Positions 43,044 through 54,467 of a stretch of DNA of 64,000 bases are shown piece by piece (the first letter of the stretch is position 1; the number at the start of each line of letters is the position of its first letter). Origin of the DNA: Prasinococcaceae sp. CCMP 1430 (taxonomy: Eukaryota; Plantae; Prasinodermophyta); contig RQSC01000014.1 of assembly GCA_013416795.1 (NCBI GenBank), positions 225,597 to 289,596 on the forward strand, read 5' to 3'. The notes below the pieces were generated by a model. It was not told the origin of the DNA. It saw only the letters and a list, made by a program, of their open reading frames with translations, and ran no database searches. Position numbers and translations under genes: made by a program.

Positions 43044-43994
43044 TCAGCCGTACTTGGTCCTGAGGACCTTGAACGAGTACGACGTGTTTTCGAGGGCGTC
43101 TCGGACCTCGTCCCAGCTCTGCTCATCCGCCGTCGCAGCCATCACCCACACATCACCCCTGCGCGCGATGGCGGTGAGCAGGACGTGCCTGCCCCTCGCC
43201 AAGAATTCGTAGCGATACGCCTCGCGTCCGCTCAGCTCGTCGCTAGAGGGCGGCGCCACCAGCCTTGCGTCCGGCGGCACGAAAAGAGAGACGGTGTCCT
43301 TGTCGTCCACGGCGCCCAGGTCCGACATTTTCTTCACCGTGAGCAGCGTGAGTTTCATGTCCTGCGCGGCCTTGACCGCAACGCTCACCGCAGCAGCACC
43401 CGAGCTGTTGTTGGGAGCGACGAAGCGCGCGGCGAACGGCGAGCTCGCGGTTCTTGCCTTGGCGGTGTCTGCGCTGCCTGCCTCCTTATATGCTCGCGCC
43501 TGGTCGCTGTCCCTGACGTCCTTCTTGCCGGTCATCTCGTCCGGCGAGAGCAGCTTGGGCCCATCGCGCAGCCGCTGCGCGTAGCGATCGCGCGCGACGC
43601 GGTCGGTCTCGGCGAGCGCGGCGATGATGCGCTTGTTGTCATCCTCCCATCCCTCGGGGATGGCGAATGCGATCTCCTTGGAGACGAAATTACGCACCTC
43701 GAGCTGCACGCGCACAGCCTCATCGGTCGGCGCCTGCACGACATTGGCAGCGCTTGCGCACGGTGCGCCGGTGCTGAGCACCGCGCCAGCCATAGCGGCG
43801 GCGGCGGCGCTCGAGAGCATGTCCCTTCGCCCGCCCGCACGCGCCACGCCCGCGTCCACCTCAGCCGCTCCTGCCTTCGCCGCCGTGCACTCAGAGCGCG
43901 ACTGCTGCCGCGGTCGCTGCCGCCGGCAGCGTCTGTGACGTGTCGGGAGCGTGCCCACGCCGCCCACTACCACCGATGCCACCATCTCGGCCAT
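43044..43994 (-). CDS. PPD2: PsbP-domain thylakoid lumen protein, PPD2-like
   Basis: Transit peptide, twin-Arg GRRDML, hydrophobic segment ending CASA, FAIPEGW, KMSDLG..LFVP, YRYEF and MAATADEQSWDEVRDALENTSYSFKV. Confidence 0.75.
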   Translation of the reverse strand: MAEMVASVVVGGVGTLPTRHRRCRRQRPRQQSRSECTAAKAGAAEVDAGVARAGGRRDMLSSAAAAAMAGAVLSTGAPCASAANVVQAPTDEAVRVQLEVRNFVSKEIAFAIPEGWEDDNKRIIAALAETDRVARDRYAQRLRDGPKLLSPDEMTGKKDVRDSDQARAYKEAGSADTAKARTASSPFAARFVAPNNSSGAAAVSVAVKAAQDMKLTLLTVKKMSDLGAVDDKDTVSLFVPPDARLVAPPSSDELSGREAYRYEFLARGRHVLLTAIARRGDVWVMAATADEQSWDEVRDALENTSYSFKVLRTKYG

Positions 43995-44289
43995 GTCGCC
44001 TGCCCTCGAGCTCGCCCTCCACTCCGCCTGTGCGACAAACCCACCCGCGCCCCGCACCAGCAGGCGCCGCGCCCGCACCCACGTGGGCACTCGCACGCCC
44101 CCGCGTCCTCCACCAGCTGCGGCGCCGCGCGAGCGCGCGCGCCCGCGCGCGCAGTGGCGCCCAACCCCCCCCACACACACACACCGCTCACCCGGATCGA
44201 TCGAGGCGAGGGCCCGATCGACGCCGAGGGAGGCTCCCCCGCCCCGTGCGGAGCGCCCCGCGCCCCCAGGCCCGCGGGTCCCGCCGCCG

Positions 44290-44470
44290 NNNNNNNNNNN
44301 NNNNNNNNNNNNNNNNNNNNNNNNNNNNNNNNNNNNNNNNNNNNNNNNNNNNNNNNNNNNNNNNNNNNNNNNNNNNNNNNNNNNNNNNNNNNNNNNNNNN
44401 NNNNNNNNNNNNNNNNNNNNNNNNNNNNNNNNNNNNNNNNNNNNNNNNNNNNNNNNNNNNNNNNNNNNNN
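44290..44470. other. Assembly gap (181 N); single-N ambiguities also at 13766 and 32149
   Basis: Seen directly. Confidence 0.99.
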
Positions 44471-46044
44471 TGGAGCAGCTGCGCGAGACGGAGGCCGCGC
44501 TCGCGCGCGCGCGCGGCGCGCATGCGACGTGCGCGGCGGGCGTCGCAGCTGCGCTGCGCGAGGCCGCGGAAGCAGCTCAGGCAGCCGCGGAGGCGGCCGC
44601 GGAGGCGGCTGCGCAGGCAGATTCGGCTGGGGGCGGCGAGGCGGCGCAGGTTACGTCCGCCCAGCAAGCCGCGAAAGCAGCGGCAGTTGCGGCGGCAAAC
44701 GCTGCGAAGAAGGCGCAGAAGCAGTCGACGGCGGTGACAAAGGTGTGTGGCGTATGTGCCGCTCGCGCGAGCGGCCACGCGGCAGCGCACGGCTTCCAGT
44801 GCGCCGCTGACTCGTTGCCATGCGGCTTGCCCCACACACACACACACACCCCTGTGAATCTTTCACTGGACGGGACACAACGCAGGTGTATCAGTCTGCT
44901 CTTGCGAAGGCGTCAAAATTGTGTGACAAGGCAGCCCCCGCGCGTGTTGCCGAGCTCGCAGCTGGCGGCGGCGCGCCGCTTGACAGCGCGGCCCTCAACG
45001 CGCTCGTTGCACAACATCTGAGGCGCGACGGGAGGTGCGTGGCCGGGCGCGCCATGCTCGCGTGCCAGCTGCACCGCCGCCGCATGCTGCGAGGTTGCTG
45101 CGCGCTTGCGAGGAGACGACGCGCAGCTGACGCTCGGGTCACGCCGCGTGCGCGCCAGGGAAAAGCTCGCGGAGCAATTCGTGCAGGAGATTGGCATCGA
45201 CCCCGGTGCGTCTCTGCAAGGATCCTTCGATTCGGCGGCAGCTGGGCAGCTCGACGGGCTGCTTGCCACTCTGCGCGCGCGCGATGCACAGCCCGCGCTC
45301 GAGTGGGCGGAGGCGCCCCGCGAGGACGACGGCGGTGGGGAAGCCGGGCCCTCCAAAAAGCGCCAACGAGCATCGGAGCTCGAGGACCCGGGAGTGGCGC
45401 GGAGCACGCTCGCTGCCGCGCTGCACCGCTTGCATGTCGTGTCGCAGCTGCAGGGGGAGGCAGCGGCCAGCGACCCACAGAAGGCACGAGCGGACGCCCT
45501 GGCGTACTGCAAGAGCCGCATCGCGCCGCGTGCGGGAAGCGTGCCGCAGTACGCGGCAGCGCTGCGGACGCTCATGGGCGTCGCGCTCTGGGCTGGGCGG
45601 ATGCACAAGTCCCCGTACGTGCGAGTGCGCGACGAGCACTGGCGCGCCGCTGAGCACCAGCTCGCATCGCTGTTCTGCGCCGAGCGCGGCCTCAGCAAGG
45701 AGCTCCCTCTGCACACGGCCGTCGCCGCTGGCGCGGCAGCGCTGCCGCAGCTCCTCAAGCTCGGCGAGGTCCTTGAGGCGCGCGGTGAGCGCTGGGCAGC
45801 GCAGAACGAGTTGCCAGTCGAGATTGAGCTCCCCAGGCGCTTCCGCTATCGCTCGGTCTTCACCTGTCCGGTGAGCCGCGAGCAGTCTGGTCCGGGCAAT
45901 CCGCCGACGCTGCTGCCGTGCGGTCACGTGCTCTGCAAAGCGACTGTGCAGAGATTAGGCAGCAGGCGCAACAGCTCGCGCTTCAAGTGCCCGTACTGCC
46001 CAACCGACTGCACGAAGGACCAGTGCCTCGACCTCGTGCTGTGA
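44470..46044 (+). CDS. RMND5: RMND5/GID2 CTLH-complex RING E3 ligase subunit; exons 44470-44742, 44886-45034, 45159-46044
   Basis: LisH-like LNALVAQHLRRDGR, CTLH PALEW..LHRLH, LPVEIELP...YRSVFTCPVSREQS..NPP.LLPCGHVLC and FKCPYCP. The A of the ATG is inferred as the last N of the gap (nTGGAG). Confidence 0.93.
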
Positions 46045-46739
46045 TGGTAAAAGTCGCAATTGTGCGCGCTCGTGTCGGTGACATGCACCAGCGCTTCCCC
46101 TGTGCGCTGCGACGCCGCGCATGTTTCGCCGGTGTCACATGCGGCGCGGCTGCGTCGCAGCGCGCTGTTCGAGCACGTCTCACGCGCACCCCGCGCGCGC
46201 AGCGGACGATGACCCTCCTGAGCCCCCACGACGCGGGGCGTTCGAGCTCCGTGCCTTAAATGAAATGTAATTTCCGAGAATATTACGAATTGTGTATATC
46301 CGTGAATTATACTATTGATTACATCTACAATTACAATCGTGTTATGCCACATAATTCTGCATTTTTACCTCATCGCCCACACACTCGCGATGGGGGCGCG
46401 CGCGCACTCGCGCGCGCGTTGCCGCGCGCGCGGGGGGCGAGTGGGTTGGCGGAGGCGGTGCGCAATCGCCACACCGCACGCCTCGATAGCCGCCGAAGGA
46501 GTGGGGGGTGGGGTGGGGGGCGCCGAGGCGCCACGCACCCGAGCGCGCGCGCGCGCGTGCGCGCGCGCTGCGCGCGCGTGCGTTGCGGACGGTGCCCCGT
46601 GGGCGCCCGGCGCCGGCTGCCGTCGGTGCGCGGGCGCCGCCGGTGTCGCTTTCTATCGCGGTGGCGCTCGACGGGTGTGCCTCGCGGCTTCCCGTGCGGC
46701 CGGCGGGCCCGCTAACCGGGGCGGACACCGACGCGCCAG

Positions 46740-49700
46740 ATGGGCTGCCTGCAGTCGAAGGAGGCGCGACCGGGGCTCGGCCACCAGCACACCGGCAAGG
46801 GCCTCTCGTTGAGCCTCGTGGGCAATGGACACAGCGCCGGACAGACCCACCCCGGCGCAGGAGTCTTCCGCGTGGACTCCCCAGCCGATTTGCTGAGTTC
46901 GCCCAGCGGCAGCTTCTCGGGGCCGCTGACCAAAAAGGAGATCGTCAGCCGCATCACGGGTTCGTCTGAGACGCAGCGCTATGAGGTTCCTTCCGAGGCG
47001 GGCAGCTATTCGTTGGAGTACGCCTACATCAGCCAGCGCGGGTACTACCCCGAGTCGCTGCACAAGAAGAATCAGGACACCTATTGCGTGCAGACCGCGT
47101 TCCGCTCGCCGGACTGCTGCCTGTTCGGCGTGTTCGACGGCCACGGCGAGAACGGGACGCCGTGCGCTGCGTTTGCACGCGATCGCATCACCGAGCTGCT
47201 CAAGGCGCACCGCTCGCTGACATCGGATCCCGAGGAGGCGTACCGCGACGCCTTTCTGGAGGCCAACAAGATGCTGCACCGCGCGTACGTCGATGATTCG
47301 ATGAGCGGCACGACAGCCATCACCGTGATGGTGCAGGGGCGCTTCATCTACGTCGCCAACGTGGGCGATTCGCGTGCGGTGGTCGCTGAGCGCACGTTGG
47401 GTGGTGCGAATGGCCATCCGAACGGCGGCGGTGCTGAGGCCAACGGCGCGGCCGGGCGCTCGCCGTCCTTCAGCCGCAGCTCGGGCTCCGCTACCTGCGG
47501 CAAGATCGCCAACGGCGCTGGCCGGCTGCGTGCGCTCGATCTGAGCCACGATCAGACGCCCTTCCGCCGCGACGAGTGCGAGCGCGTCAAGAAATGCGGC
47601 GCGCGTGTGCTGACGCTCGATCAGCTTGAGGGGCTCAAGGACCCCACGGTCGAGTGCTGGGGCGAAGTGGAGGACGAGGATGACGGCGACCCGCCGCGGC
47701 TGTGGGCCACCGACGGTCTGTACCCGGGCACTGCCTTCACGCGGTCAATCGGCGACATGGTCGCTGAGAAGATCGGCGTAATCGCGGAGCCCGAGGTGCT
47801 GGTGCGCGAGCTTACTCCCGCCAATCCGTTCATCATCATCGCTTCGGACGGCGTGTGGGAGTTTTTGCCCTCGCAAATGGTAGTCGATATGGTGGCGAAG
47901 TACGATGATCCGCAGGAGGCAGCGAGGGCGGTCGTCCAGGAGTCGTACCGCCTGTGGCTGCAATACGAGACGCGCACAGACGACATCACCTGCATCGTCA
48001 TCGCGCTCAAGGGTCTAGACATGGAGGTCGGGGCCGAGGCCATGCCGAGTCCGCAGGTGCTACGCGCGCGTTCCAGGAGTCGCAAGTCCATCTTCGACGC
48101 AGACGAGGGCTTCAACTCTGACAGCGGCTCGCCCAAGGCCGTCGAGCAGCGTCGCGTGCGCCGTAGTCTGAGCCGCGCCAAGCGCAAAGCCATCGAGGCG
48201 ATCATGTCATCGGCGGGTGCCGACGATGGTGAGCCCTTCGTGCCGCCCAAGCTGCCGCCCAAGACGCAGCTTGAGCGTGTTCAGATCGACGAGGCCGTGC
48301 GTTCCAATTTCCTCTTCGCACACCTCACGGAAGAGCAGCGGAATCGCATCTTCGACTTGATGGAGAAGCGCACCGTGAGCCCTGGCGAGCTCATCATCCG
48401 GCAGGGCGAGCATGGGGAGCATTTCTACATCGCGGGAAGCGGCCGGTACGACGTGCTGCTGCACCCGGAGTCTTTGGACTCTCCCTCTAAAGGAAGCGGC
48501 GGGGGCAACAACGATTTGGGCGATACGGTTCATACGTACTTTGCTAATGACGACATGAAGCCATGCTTCGGCGAGCTGGCGCTCATGTACAACAAGCCGC
48601 GCGCGGCAAGCGTGGTGGCGCGCGAGCGTGGCGAGTTGTGGGCGCTGGACAGGCGCGCGTTCCGCACGGTGCTCATGAAGGCGTCGTCGAATCGCGAGCT
48701 GCTGAAGACGCTGCGCAATGTCGAGGTGCTGAAGGCGCTCACGGCGGGCGAGCTGCAGCGGCTGGCCGACGTGATGGCCGAGGAGTCCTACGCCGCCGGC
48801 GAGCACATCATCCGCCAGGGCGAGATCGGCGAGCGCTTCTTCATTATTAAGGAGGGCAAGGTGGTGTGCACGGTGCGCGAGGACCCCGCCGATGAGCAAG
48901 AGGAGCCGCGCGTGGTGCTGCGACTCGCGGCGACCGACTTGGACCCATACTTCGGTGAGCGCGCGCTGCTCAACGACGCGCCTCGCGCAGCCAACGTGGT
49001 CGCCTCTGGCGCGGTTAAGCTGCTGCACATCGGGCGTGGCACCTTCGAGGACGTGCTGGGGCCGCTGCAGCACATCATTGACTCGAACCGCCAACGGCGC
49101 GAGACACAGGCGCGGCGAGCGTCCGAGAGCCGCCGCGCGCTCAAGCGGCCGTCGGTGACGGGCGTCGCCAGCGTGCGCCGTGACCAGGTGAAGTGGCTGA
49201 GTCACTGCTACACCACCCGCACCACCTCGGTGGGCCTCGTTCGCGTGCCGCGCAAGAAGGACCCAATGACGCTCATCATGTCCTCAAAGAGTGCCGTGAG
49301 CGCGCTCGGCGCGCAGGAGGCACTCGTGCGCGAGGTCTCGCTCTACCGCGAGCTCAGCTCGAGCCTGGCGAGCCGCTTCGTGCCGCCCTCGGTTTCGAAC
49401 TTCTCCGACAGCCAATACTTATGCTCGTTGATCAATTGCTCGGCTGCGTGCACGCTCGACGATCTTCTCTTCGAGCCCGTCGCCGAGCACACCGCCCGCT
49501 ACTACATCGCCTCGGTGCTATGCCTACTCGAGTTCCTGCACCGCGAGGGCGTGGTGTTCCGCGGGGTGTGCGCCGACACGCTGCTGGTGGACACCGGCGG
49601 ACACTTGCAGGCGCTCGACTTTCGCTTCGCAAAGCGCCCCGGGGACGCCGCTGAGGGGCGCACGTTCACGCTATGCGGCGCGCCCGACTACTTGGCGCCG

Positions 49701-50135
49701 GAGGTCATCAATGGCGGCGGCCACGGTGCCGCAGCGGATATGTGGTCGCTTGGCGTGCTGCTTTTCTTGATGCTTAGCGGCGACCTGCCCTTCGGCGCGC
49801 ACGGCGAAGACGAGATGAAGGTGTACAACCGCATCGTCGCTCGCGACTTCCGCACGCCCACGACCTGGTCGACGGCTGTCATCGACCTCATTGACCGCCT
49901 CCTCACCACGGACGAGCGCGAGCGCATCACGCTGCACCAGGCCAAGGCGCATGCGTTCTTCAAAGGCATGGACTGGGACGCGCTGGACGGCTTCCGCTCC
50001 TCGGTGCCGGCGGAAGCTGCGGACCGCGTTGAGAGGGTGATCGAGGCCAAGCAAGCGAACGACGCCCAGAACGAGGACCTCGTGGGCGCTGATGACTACA
50101 GCGGCGACGAGGCGTGGTTTGCAGGGCTGTGGTAG
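46740..50135 (+). CDS. PP2C phosphatase + two cyclic-nucleotide-binding domains + AGC/PKG-like (pseudo)kinase; N-terminal myristoylation motif MGCxxS
   Basis: PP2C: NQD, FGVFDGHG, SGTTA, ANVGDSRAV, TRSIGD, IASDGVWEF, DDIT. cNMP: FGELALMYNKPRAASV and FGERALL..PRAANV. Kinase: FRG, DFR, TLCGAPDYLAPE. This is the architecture of the plant PP2C/CNBD/kinase protein. Confidence 0.95.
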   Translation: MGCLQSKEARPGLGHQHTGKGLSLSLVGNGHSAGQTHPGAGVFRVDSPADLLSSPSGSFSGPLTKKEIVSRITGSSETQRYEVPSEAGSYSLEYAYISQRGYYPESLHKKNQDTYCVQTAFRSPDCCLFGVFDGHGENGTPCAAFARDRITELLKAHRSLTSDPEEAYRDAFLEANKMLHRAYVDDSMSGTTAITVMVQGRFIYVANVGDSRAVVAERTLGGANGHPNGGGAEANGAAGRSPSFSRSSGSATCGKIANGAGRLRALDLSHDQTPFRRDECERVKKCGARVLTLDQLEGLKDPTVECWGEVEDEDDGDPPRLWATDGLYPGTAFTRSIGDMVAEKIGVIAEPEVLVRELTPANPFIIIASDGVWEFLPSQMVVDMVAKYDDPQEAARAVVQESYRLWLQYETRTDDITCIVIALKGLDMEVGAEAMPSPQVLRARSRSRKSIFDADEGFNSDSGSPKAVEQRRVRRSLSRAKRKAIEAIMSSAGADDGEPFVPPKLPPKTQLERVQIDEAVRSNFLFAHLTEEQRNRIFDLMEKRTVSPGELIIRQGEHGEHFYIAGSGRYDVLLHPESLDSPSKGSGGGNNDLGDTVHTYFANDDMKPCFGELALMYNKPRAASVVARERGELWALDRRAFRTVLMKASSNRELLKTLRNVEVLKALTAGELQRLADVMAEESYAAGEHIIRQGEIGERFFIIKEGKVVCTVREDPADEQEEPRVVLRLAATDLDPYFGERALLNDAPRAANVVASGAVKLLHIGRGTFEDVLGPLQHIIDSNRQRRETQARRASESRRALKRPSVTGVASVRRDQVKWLSHCYTTRTTSVGLVRVPRKKDPMTLIMSSKSAVSALGAQEALVREVSLYRELSSSLASRFVPPSVSNFSDSQYLCSLINCSAACTLDDLLFEPVAEHTARYYIASVLCLLEFLHREGVVFRGVCADTLLVDTGGHLQALDFRFAKRPGDAAEGRTFTLCGAPDYLAPEVINGGGHGAAADMWSLGVLLFLMLSGDLPFGAHGEDEMKVYNRIVARDFRTPTTWSTAVIDLIDRLLTTDERERITLHQAKAHAFFKGMDWDALDGFRSSVPAEAADRVERVIEAKQANDAQNEDLVGADDYSGDEAWFAGLW

Positions 50136-50525
50136 CGACGAATGCTGATGCTTCGCTTCTCTCCGCCGAGTCCTGTGCCCTTCCCTATACCATCAATCCC
50201 CACCACTCTATAATACGCCCCGTGCGAGGGTTGAACCCGAAGGCACGCGTGCGAACTCAATTAACATTGGACGAATCATTCATCGGTCTGACCGGGTCGG
50301 CACAGCACCTACGTCGCCGCCGTGTATGCACTCCCTCCCTCTGGCTCTAGCTAGAGCTCTCTCTCTCTCTCTAGTACTCTAGCTAGCAACGCAGCAACGT
50401 GTGGGCTGAAGAGGCCATGTCCGCACGGAACGCGCGCGAGGGCTATCAGCATGCTCAGGCGGATGGGGTGTCTGTTGCTCTGGAGCATGAAAGGCCCGAA
50501 TTTCAGAGAGACACGGGAGCGGAAG

Positions 50526-51357
50526 CTACCTGCTGTACTCGAGCTCATAGAGAGGGTCGAGTTGTTTGGGGAGGCTCTTGGCGACCACGCAATCCTCAAC
50601 CCGCGGGTCACATGGATCAGGAAGCATCCTATAGTTGCGTTTGTAGAAATTGTCCAGTCGCTGCACGGGCGAGGAGCAGGTGTGCGTGGGGATGTGCGAG
50701 GGGTGTCAGCGCGAGGTGGGATGGGGGTGGGGTGACGTGTGTTGGGTGTGGGGGGGTGATGGGAGGGAGGGGGCACATCTGTCGGTGCCGCTGGCGCAGC
50801 CGCGCGCGCCTTGTGATAGACTGTACCTTTTGGTCGTTGTAAGCCTTGGGAAAGAGGGTCGCGACGCCGAGGCATATGCATGGGTCAGGCGGTGCGCTCG
50901 GGCCGCGACGAGAAGGCGCACAGCCGCGATGCGCGATGGCAAGCGCGCGGAAGCGAACGAGCGCACACATCGTTCTCGCGCTCACCTTGTTCTGCTCCGT
51001 CCGCGTACGGAGCGACTGAACGAGTGCGCTCGCGTTGGGATCGAAGTCAGGGTCCGGAAGCAGCGCTTTGCCGCTGCTGGTGCGGGCGCCACCCTCCTGC
51101 AGTCCCGGCTGCGCGTCGGCGCGGCCAGGCGTGGTACCGAGCGCTGCGGCGGCGGCGAGCACCGCAGCTTTAGCGAGCGCGGCCCGCCGCCTGCATGCGC
51201 CGCGGCAGGGCTCAGTCGGTGTCCAGTCGCAAGACGCGAGCGCCGCGCGCCTCCTGCACACCGACGCCAGGGCGCCGCCCGCCGCCCGTGGCGCGCGCAC
51301 CAGCCGCGATGGCGGCGCACGTGCGCGAAGTCGCAGTTGAGGCTGCGCGGCGCGCAT
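50526..51357 (-). CDS. PsaN-related small thylakoid protein; exons 51357-50986, 50844-50827 (18-nt microexon), 50660-50526
   Basis: Transit peptide, RRAAL, hydrophobic segment ending ADA. The spliced core LVQSLRTRTEQNK|AYNDQK|RLDNFYKRNY recalls the plant PsaN-like 'SRENKEKNDKERLDDYYKRNY' family (from memory). All junctions are phase 0 GT-AG. Confidence 0.72.
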
Positions 51358-51599
51358 CGCGCGGGCGCCAAGGGCGGGCTCCTGGCGCGCCTGTGCACAG
51401 TGTGGCGTGTGCGGGCCACATGCTCCTTTTTGTTTTGTTTGCTTTTTTGACATGGACATGCACGGCGCGGCGTCCGCACCAGACCTCGCACACGAGGCGG
51501 TGCTGGCGGCGCGCTGCGTGAGTGGCGGGAAGGGAGGGTGGAGGGGGGGGGGCGAAGGGTCCATTGGGGTCGAGCCGGCGGGGTGCGGCTTTTGCGGCC

Positions 51600-52859
51600 A
51601 TGTGGCTGGGCGCGCGCACCGCCGCCGCGGCGTTGTCGTCAGCATCGGCGGCAGTGGCGAGCGCGGCGGCGGGTGCGGCAGTGGCGGCACGAGGGGGGCG
51701 TGTGAGCGAGAGGCGCGTCGCAGGCGTGCTTGCCGCGGCCCGAGATGCGCAGACGAGGGGATTCGCCGGAGTGGATGGTAAAGAGGGGAATGAGCGCGGC
51801 CACAGCGTCGGTGGGGCCGCCGCCGCCGCCGACACTGCCGCCGCATCTGCTAAGACCGTCGACGCCGCGGAGATCTCCAAGTTTGCAGCGATGGCAGCGC
51901 AGTGGTGGGATGCAGATGGCGCTTTCAAGCCCCTGCTCCAGATGAGCGCGCCGCGCGTAGCCTTCCTGCGTGCTGCAGCGTGCAGGCACTTCGGGCGAGG
52001 TGCGTCGACCGCGTGAGCACGTTCATGTGCGCGCGTGCGTGCCTTTGCGTACTGTGCAGATTGCGCCCAGCGCTGACGCCCAACATCCACCCCGCAACCC
52101 ACGCAGACCGCGACGCGCTGCGGCCACTCGACGGACTGCGCGTGCTCGACGTGGGATGTGGCGGCGGGCTGCTGGCAGAGCCGCTCGCGCGGCTGGGAGC
52201 GCGCATGACTGCGGTCGATGCCGCGAGCGAGAGCGTCACCGTCGCCAAGGCGCACGCGGCTGAGTCTGACTCAGAGCTCGTGAGGGGCATTGAGTACTTG
52301 GGCGTGCCGGCCGAGGAGCTGGTAGCGGAGGGGAGGAATTTTGACCTAGTCACGAGCCTGGAGGTCATCGAGCACGTCAAGGACCCACAGGAGGTGAGAG
52401 CGGGTCGTCGTTGGCGTTGGCGTGGGTGTGCTCGCGCGTGTGTGTGGTGAGTGGTGGGGTCTGGATGGGAGGGGTGATACTGCTCATGTCTAGCGAAGAA
52501 ATGCATGTGTGCGAGGGGCTGACATGGTGGCGTCTGGGTTGACCTGCGCGCAGTTTCTGCGGGTGCTCCGGCGGCTGGTGGCGCCCGGCGGCGCGATGGC
52601 TCTGTCGACCATCAATCGCACACCGCGCTCGTATGCGATGGCCATCGGCGCGGCCGAGCACGTGCTCGGCATGGTGCCGGAGGGCACGCACGAGTGGCAC
52701 AAGTTCGTCGCGCCGGAAGAGCTCGCGGCCATGCTCGCGCGAGCTGACGCGGAGATGGTCGAGCTGGCGGGCATCGAGTACAGCGTGCTGGGGGGGAGGT
52801 GGGCACTGTCGGACGACACGGGGGTCAACTACATCTGCTTCGCCACGCCAGCGAGATGA
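51600..52859 (+). CDS. COQ3: Ubiquinone biosynthesis O-methyltransferase, mitochondrial, 3 exons
   Basis: TVDAAEISKF, WWD..G.FKPL, LDVGCGGGLLAEPLARLGA, FDLVTSLEVIEHV, STINRT and PEGTHEW.KF. Confidence 0.95.
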
Positions 52860-53060
52860 TCCTGTACACTTGTCACTTGTACACATGAAACGATGAGTCA
52901 TTTGTTTGCTGTCCGTTTGTCTTTGTATTTCTAGGAGCAGGCGCGATGCCGCTTCGCCACAGCCCGCGCCACGGCGGGCGCGGGGCGGGGCGCACGGCGG
53001 TGGTGGCGGCCGGTCGCGGGTGCGGTGGAGGGATTCGGGCGCCGTCGCGGGCGGAAGGGC

Positions 53061-54140
53061 ATGCCGGTCGCCGCAGCGGCCACGCTTGTGGCGGCGGACG
53101 CGTCCCTGCGCGCTGCCCGGGCGCCGTCACGTCGTGCGGCCGCTGGTGCGGCCGCTGCGAGCGCGGCGGCGGCGTACCTGCTGCTCGTGCGCGTGCTGCG
53201 CTACCGGCGCGTCGCGCGCATCGCGCAGCTCGGCGGCACGTGACGCCGGGGAGCAAGCACTTCCGATGGCTGGCGAACGCTCCCAAAACGCTCGAGATGC
53301 CATGGCTGGACGGCAAGGCCATCGAGCTTGGCTTTTTCCGCACGTTCGCTGTGCCCACCATCGCGCGGCTGCTTTTGGCGACCGACGAGTTCAAGCGCGA
53401 CGCCGACAAGCGCGCAGAAGGCACGGACATTGTCTCGCCTGAGTCTGTGGAGCGGTCCAGCGAAAGTACGCGCGGCGAGGCCACCCTGCGCCGCCTCTTA
53501 GCCGTCCGTGGCAAGGACGAACTCTCGAAGAGCGACTACCTCTACATCCTATCCATCTTTGTCCTCGAGCCGCGCATGTGGATCGATGCGTACGAGTGGC
53601 GGCCCCTGCACAAGCATGAGCTCATCGCGCGCTGCAATTACTGGATAGAGGTGAGTCGCGCCGCGCTCGTCGCTGCCTGTCGCTGGCTGCGCACGCGCGT
53701 AGGAGTGCCATGCTGACGGAGCTCGCGCCTCCGTACCCGCGCGTGCCCTCGCCCGTACGCCTGCCTGCCCGGGCACGCGCCGGCAGGAGGGCAAGCGCAT
53801 GGGCATACCCGACATCCCCGCGACTCTCGAGGAGTTCCAGGTGTTCCAGCAGACGTACGAGGCGCAGCATATGCGCTTTCACCCGGACAGCCGCACTCTC
53901 TCTCTGGACGCCATCGATGTGTTCGCGCACGGCCTGCTGCCGCGCTGGATAGTGCGTCTCTGCCTGCCCGCGTTGCGCACCGCGGTGCTGGCACTTCTCG
54001 AGCCGCGCGTGGTGGCTGCGCTTGGGTTCAAGCAGCCGCCCGCGTCCGCGCGCGCGGCGTGCCGCGGCGCGCTGCGCCTGCGAGGGTGGCTCGTGCGCCA
54101 CTTCCTGCTGCCGCGGGCCGACGGGCGAGCCGAGACGTGA
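53061..54140 (+). pseudogene. mpaB'/rubber-oxygenase-like (DUF2236) heme protein, frameshifted near 53236-53243 and degenerate
   Basis: N-terminal TM + LRYRR ends at TGA 53241-53243. The core EMPW..FFRTFAVPTIARLL.AT.EF..KR..T, DYLYILSIFVLEP.MWIDAYEWR and MGIPDIP is in another frame. Intron 53651-53786 is intact. Confidence 0.6.
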
Positions 54141-54467
54141 ACGACACAGGCGCTTTGTACTGTAACCCGACTGTATTTTGAAATCCACTTTGCGTCTCAA
54201 GACGAATGAAATATGACGTGGATGAAACGCAGAGTCCCTCTCGAAATTGTGGTATTCTGTGATTTATATCAAACCCGATGACATGCGATCAGCACTCTGC
54301 GCCTGTGCCGCGCGCGCAGCAGCCGCCGAGGGCGGGTGGCGGGGTGGGGAGTCGCCCGCGCGCGCGGCCGCCGGCGGCTTCGCTGCGATTGAGCGGGCTG
54401 GCAGCGGCAGGCGTCGCCGGGGTGTGGGAGGAGGAGGCAGAGGGCGGGGGTGGGGGAGCGGGGGCCG

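Noticed and set aside
50399-50842. Plus-strand ORFs 50399-50842 and 50451-50735
   Set aside because: They are antisense to the last exon and 3' UTR of the PsaN-like gene, whose frame gives the conserved RLDNFYKRNY.
276-51357. A 'photosynthesis gene cluster' (PSAF, CLD1, lumen protein, PPD2, PsaN-like)
   Set aside because: The genes are scattered over 50 kb among unrelated housekeeping genes, as expected by chance in a compact algal genome.
51900-51960. COQ3 variant FKPLLQMSAPR in place of the usual LHxxNPxR
   Set aside because: The SAM motifs and the rest of the enzyme are intact; without an alignment I cannot tell divergence from inactivation.
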